From: Pseudomonadota bacterium
Lineage (GTDB): Bacteria > Pseudomonadota > Gammaproteobacteria > Burkholderiales > Ferrovaceae
NCBI GenBank assembly: GCA_021798835.1
Contig: JAJZBQ010000011.1
Coordinates: 7,005-71,004, forward strand
Reading direction: 5' to 3'
DNA: 64,000 bases
The notes beneath the pieces are model-generated. The model did no database searches. It saw only the letters and a program-made list of their open reading frames with translations, and was not told the DNA's origin. The translations under genes and the position numbers were made by a program. This document shows, piece after piece, positions 62,672-64,000 of the stretch; within the stretch, counting starts at the first letter, position 1; each line of letters opens with the position of its first letter.

Positions 62672-64000
62672 TCAGTGCGCCTTGCCAGCAGCAGCCTTTT
62701 TAAGATAAGCCAAGGCAGCATCCTGTTGAGGATCAGGAATGTTTTCTTCCTTTTCTCCAGGTTTATGCATTAATTTGGCTGGTTTGGTCGCATGCTGAGC
62801 CTCGGGAGTTGCAGGAGCGCTGGTTGACTCCGCCGCACCAGTCTTGGCGTTTGACGGCACCGCAGCGGATGACTTCCCGGCATTCTGGTCGGTCGGATTA
62901 CTCAAATGTCCAGATAAATCCGACTCATGGATACCCAACGTTGCCTCAACAACATCCGCATCATCCGCCACTACTTGATCGGGATCAATCCCCTTCGCTT
63001 GGATTGAGCGCCCGTTCGGCGTGAAGTAACGCGCGGTGGTCAATTTGAGAGCAGTATTGCCCGACAACGGCAGAATCGTCTGTACCGACCCTTTTCCGAA
63101 AGTCCTCACCCCGATAATGGTGGCTCGATGATGATCTTGTAAAGCACCCGCCACAATTTCCGAGGCCGAGGCAGACCCCCCGTTGACTAGAACAACCAGA
63201 GGCAGTTTGTCGATTCCTTTCGGAAGATCAGCCAAGTAATCTTTTTCATTGCCATCACGCAGGTAGTTCTCTGGAGTGACCGTCAAATGCATCTTGGCAT
63301 CGGCAATACGTCCCTCCGTATAAACCACCAAGGATTCCTGGGGAAGAAACACGCCGGCAACCCCAACGGCAGCATTCAGCAATCCACCTGGATTATTACG
63401 CAAATCGAGAATCAGCCCCTTGGGTTGATCTTTATTATCCTTATAGAACTGCTTGACAGCAGTAGCCAGATCTTCTCCGGTATGTTCCTGAAATTGACTG
63501 ATTCGAATCACCCCATAGCCAGGATCGATCTCCTTGAGTTTGACGCTTTTCATCTTGATGATGGCACGCTTCAGAGTGATGACCAGCGGTTTGGCCTCAT
63601 TCTTTCGCAGAATGGTCAACGTGATCGGGCTGTCCGGTTTTCCACGCATATGCTTCACGGCATCATTCAAGGTCATCCCTTTGACGGCAGCATCATCCAG
63701 TTTGATGATGTAATCGCCAGACTTGATGCCCGCCTTACTGGCAGGGGTATCATCGATAGGAGTCACCACCTTGACCAGACCATCTTCCATGGTGACCTCG
63801 ATACCCAATCCACCAAACTCTCCTTGGGTACCGTCCTGCAATTCCTTATATGCTTCCTGATCCAGATAGGCAGAATGAGGATCCAGGCCAGCCACCATAC
63901 CGGTAATGGCCTCCTTGATCAGCTTGTGATCATCCACAGGTTCCACATAATCGGTCTTGATACGCCCAAAAATTTCACTGAATGTGCGCAGATCTTCGAT
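62672..64000 (-). CDS. ctpA: S41 C-terminal processing protease (PDZ), 5' end outside the window
   Basis: Frame open to 64000; DLRNNPGG, ASASEIVAG (Ser), FGKGSVQ (Lys). Confidence 0.95.
   Translation of the reverse strand: MEDLRTFSEIFGRIKTDYVEPVDDHKLIKEAITGMVAGLDPHSAYLDQEAYKELQDGTQGEFGGLGIEVTMEDGLVKVVTPIDDTPASKAGIKSGDYIIKLDDAAVKGMTLNDAVKHMRGKPDSPITLTILRKNEAKPLVITLKRAIIKMKSVKLKEIDPGYGVIRISQFQEHTGEDLATAVKQFYKDNKDQPKGLILDLRNNPGGLLNAAVGVAGVFLPQESLVVYTEGRIADAKMHLTVTPENYLRDGNEKDYLADLPKGIDKLPLVVLVNGGSASASEIVAGALQDHHRATIIGVRTFGKGSVQTILPLSGNTALKLTTARYFTPNGRSIQAKGIDPDQVVADDADVVEATLGIHESDLSGHLSNPTDQNAGKSSAAVPSNAKTGAAESTSAPATPEAQHATKPAKLMHKPGEKEENIPDPQQDAALAYLKKAAAGKAH

Overview
A chromosomal segment from a betaproteobacterium-like organism, inferred from gene content and order (possibly a Ferrovum/Nitrosomonadales-type lithoautotroph; not verified). 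Most of it is housekeeping: the end of a copA-copZ-csoR copper operon, purA-hisZ-hflCKX-hfq, tRNA-Val, cheR, a ClC channel coupled to recCBD, an RND efflux plus two-component operon, a rearranged leuB-asd-trpFBA-accD-dedD-cvpA-purF-metZ cluster, two PAS-GGDEF-EAL genes, truA, a co-oriented tal-cyoABCDE-glgP-gnd-zwf-pgl-selO block, tRNA-His, tsaD, moeB and ctpA. The main oddities are: (1) a stand-alone Cas6 with no other cas gene or CRISPR array visible and a non-canonical G-loop; (2) an exact 62-bp duplication of the selO 3' end flanking a 538-bp islet with an intact MNT antitoxin and a truncated HEPN toxin; (3) a candidate glycogen-to-respiration operon whose Zwf and Gnd both carry NAD+-type fingerprints, with several candidate cis-elements nearby; (4) an inverted cvpA. 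I found no CRISPR array, integrase or transposase. All calls come from motif recognition by eye, with no database searches.
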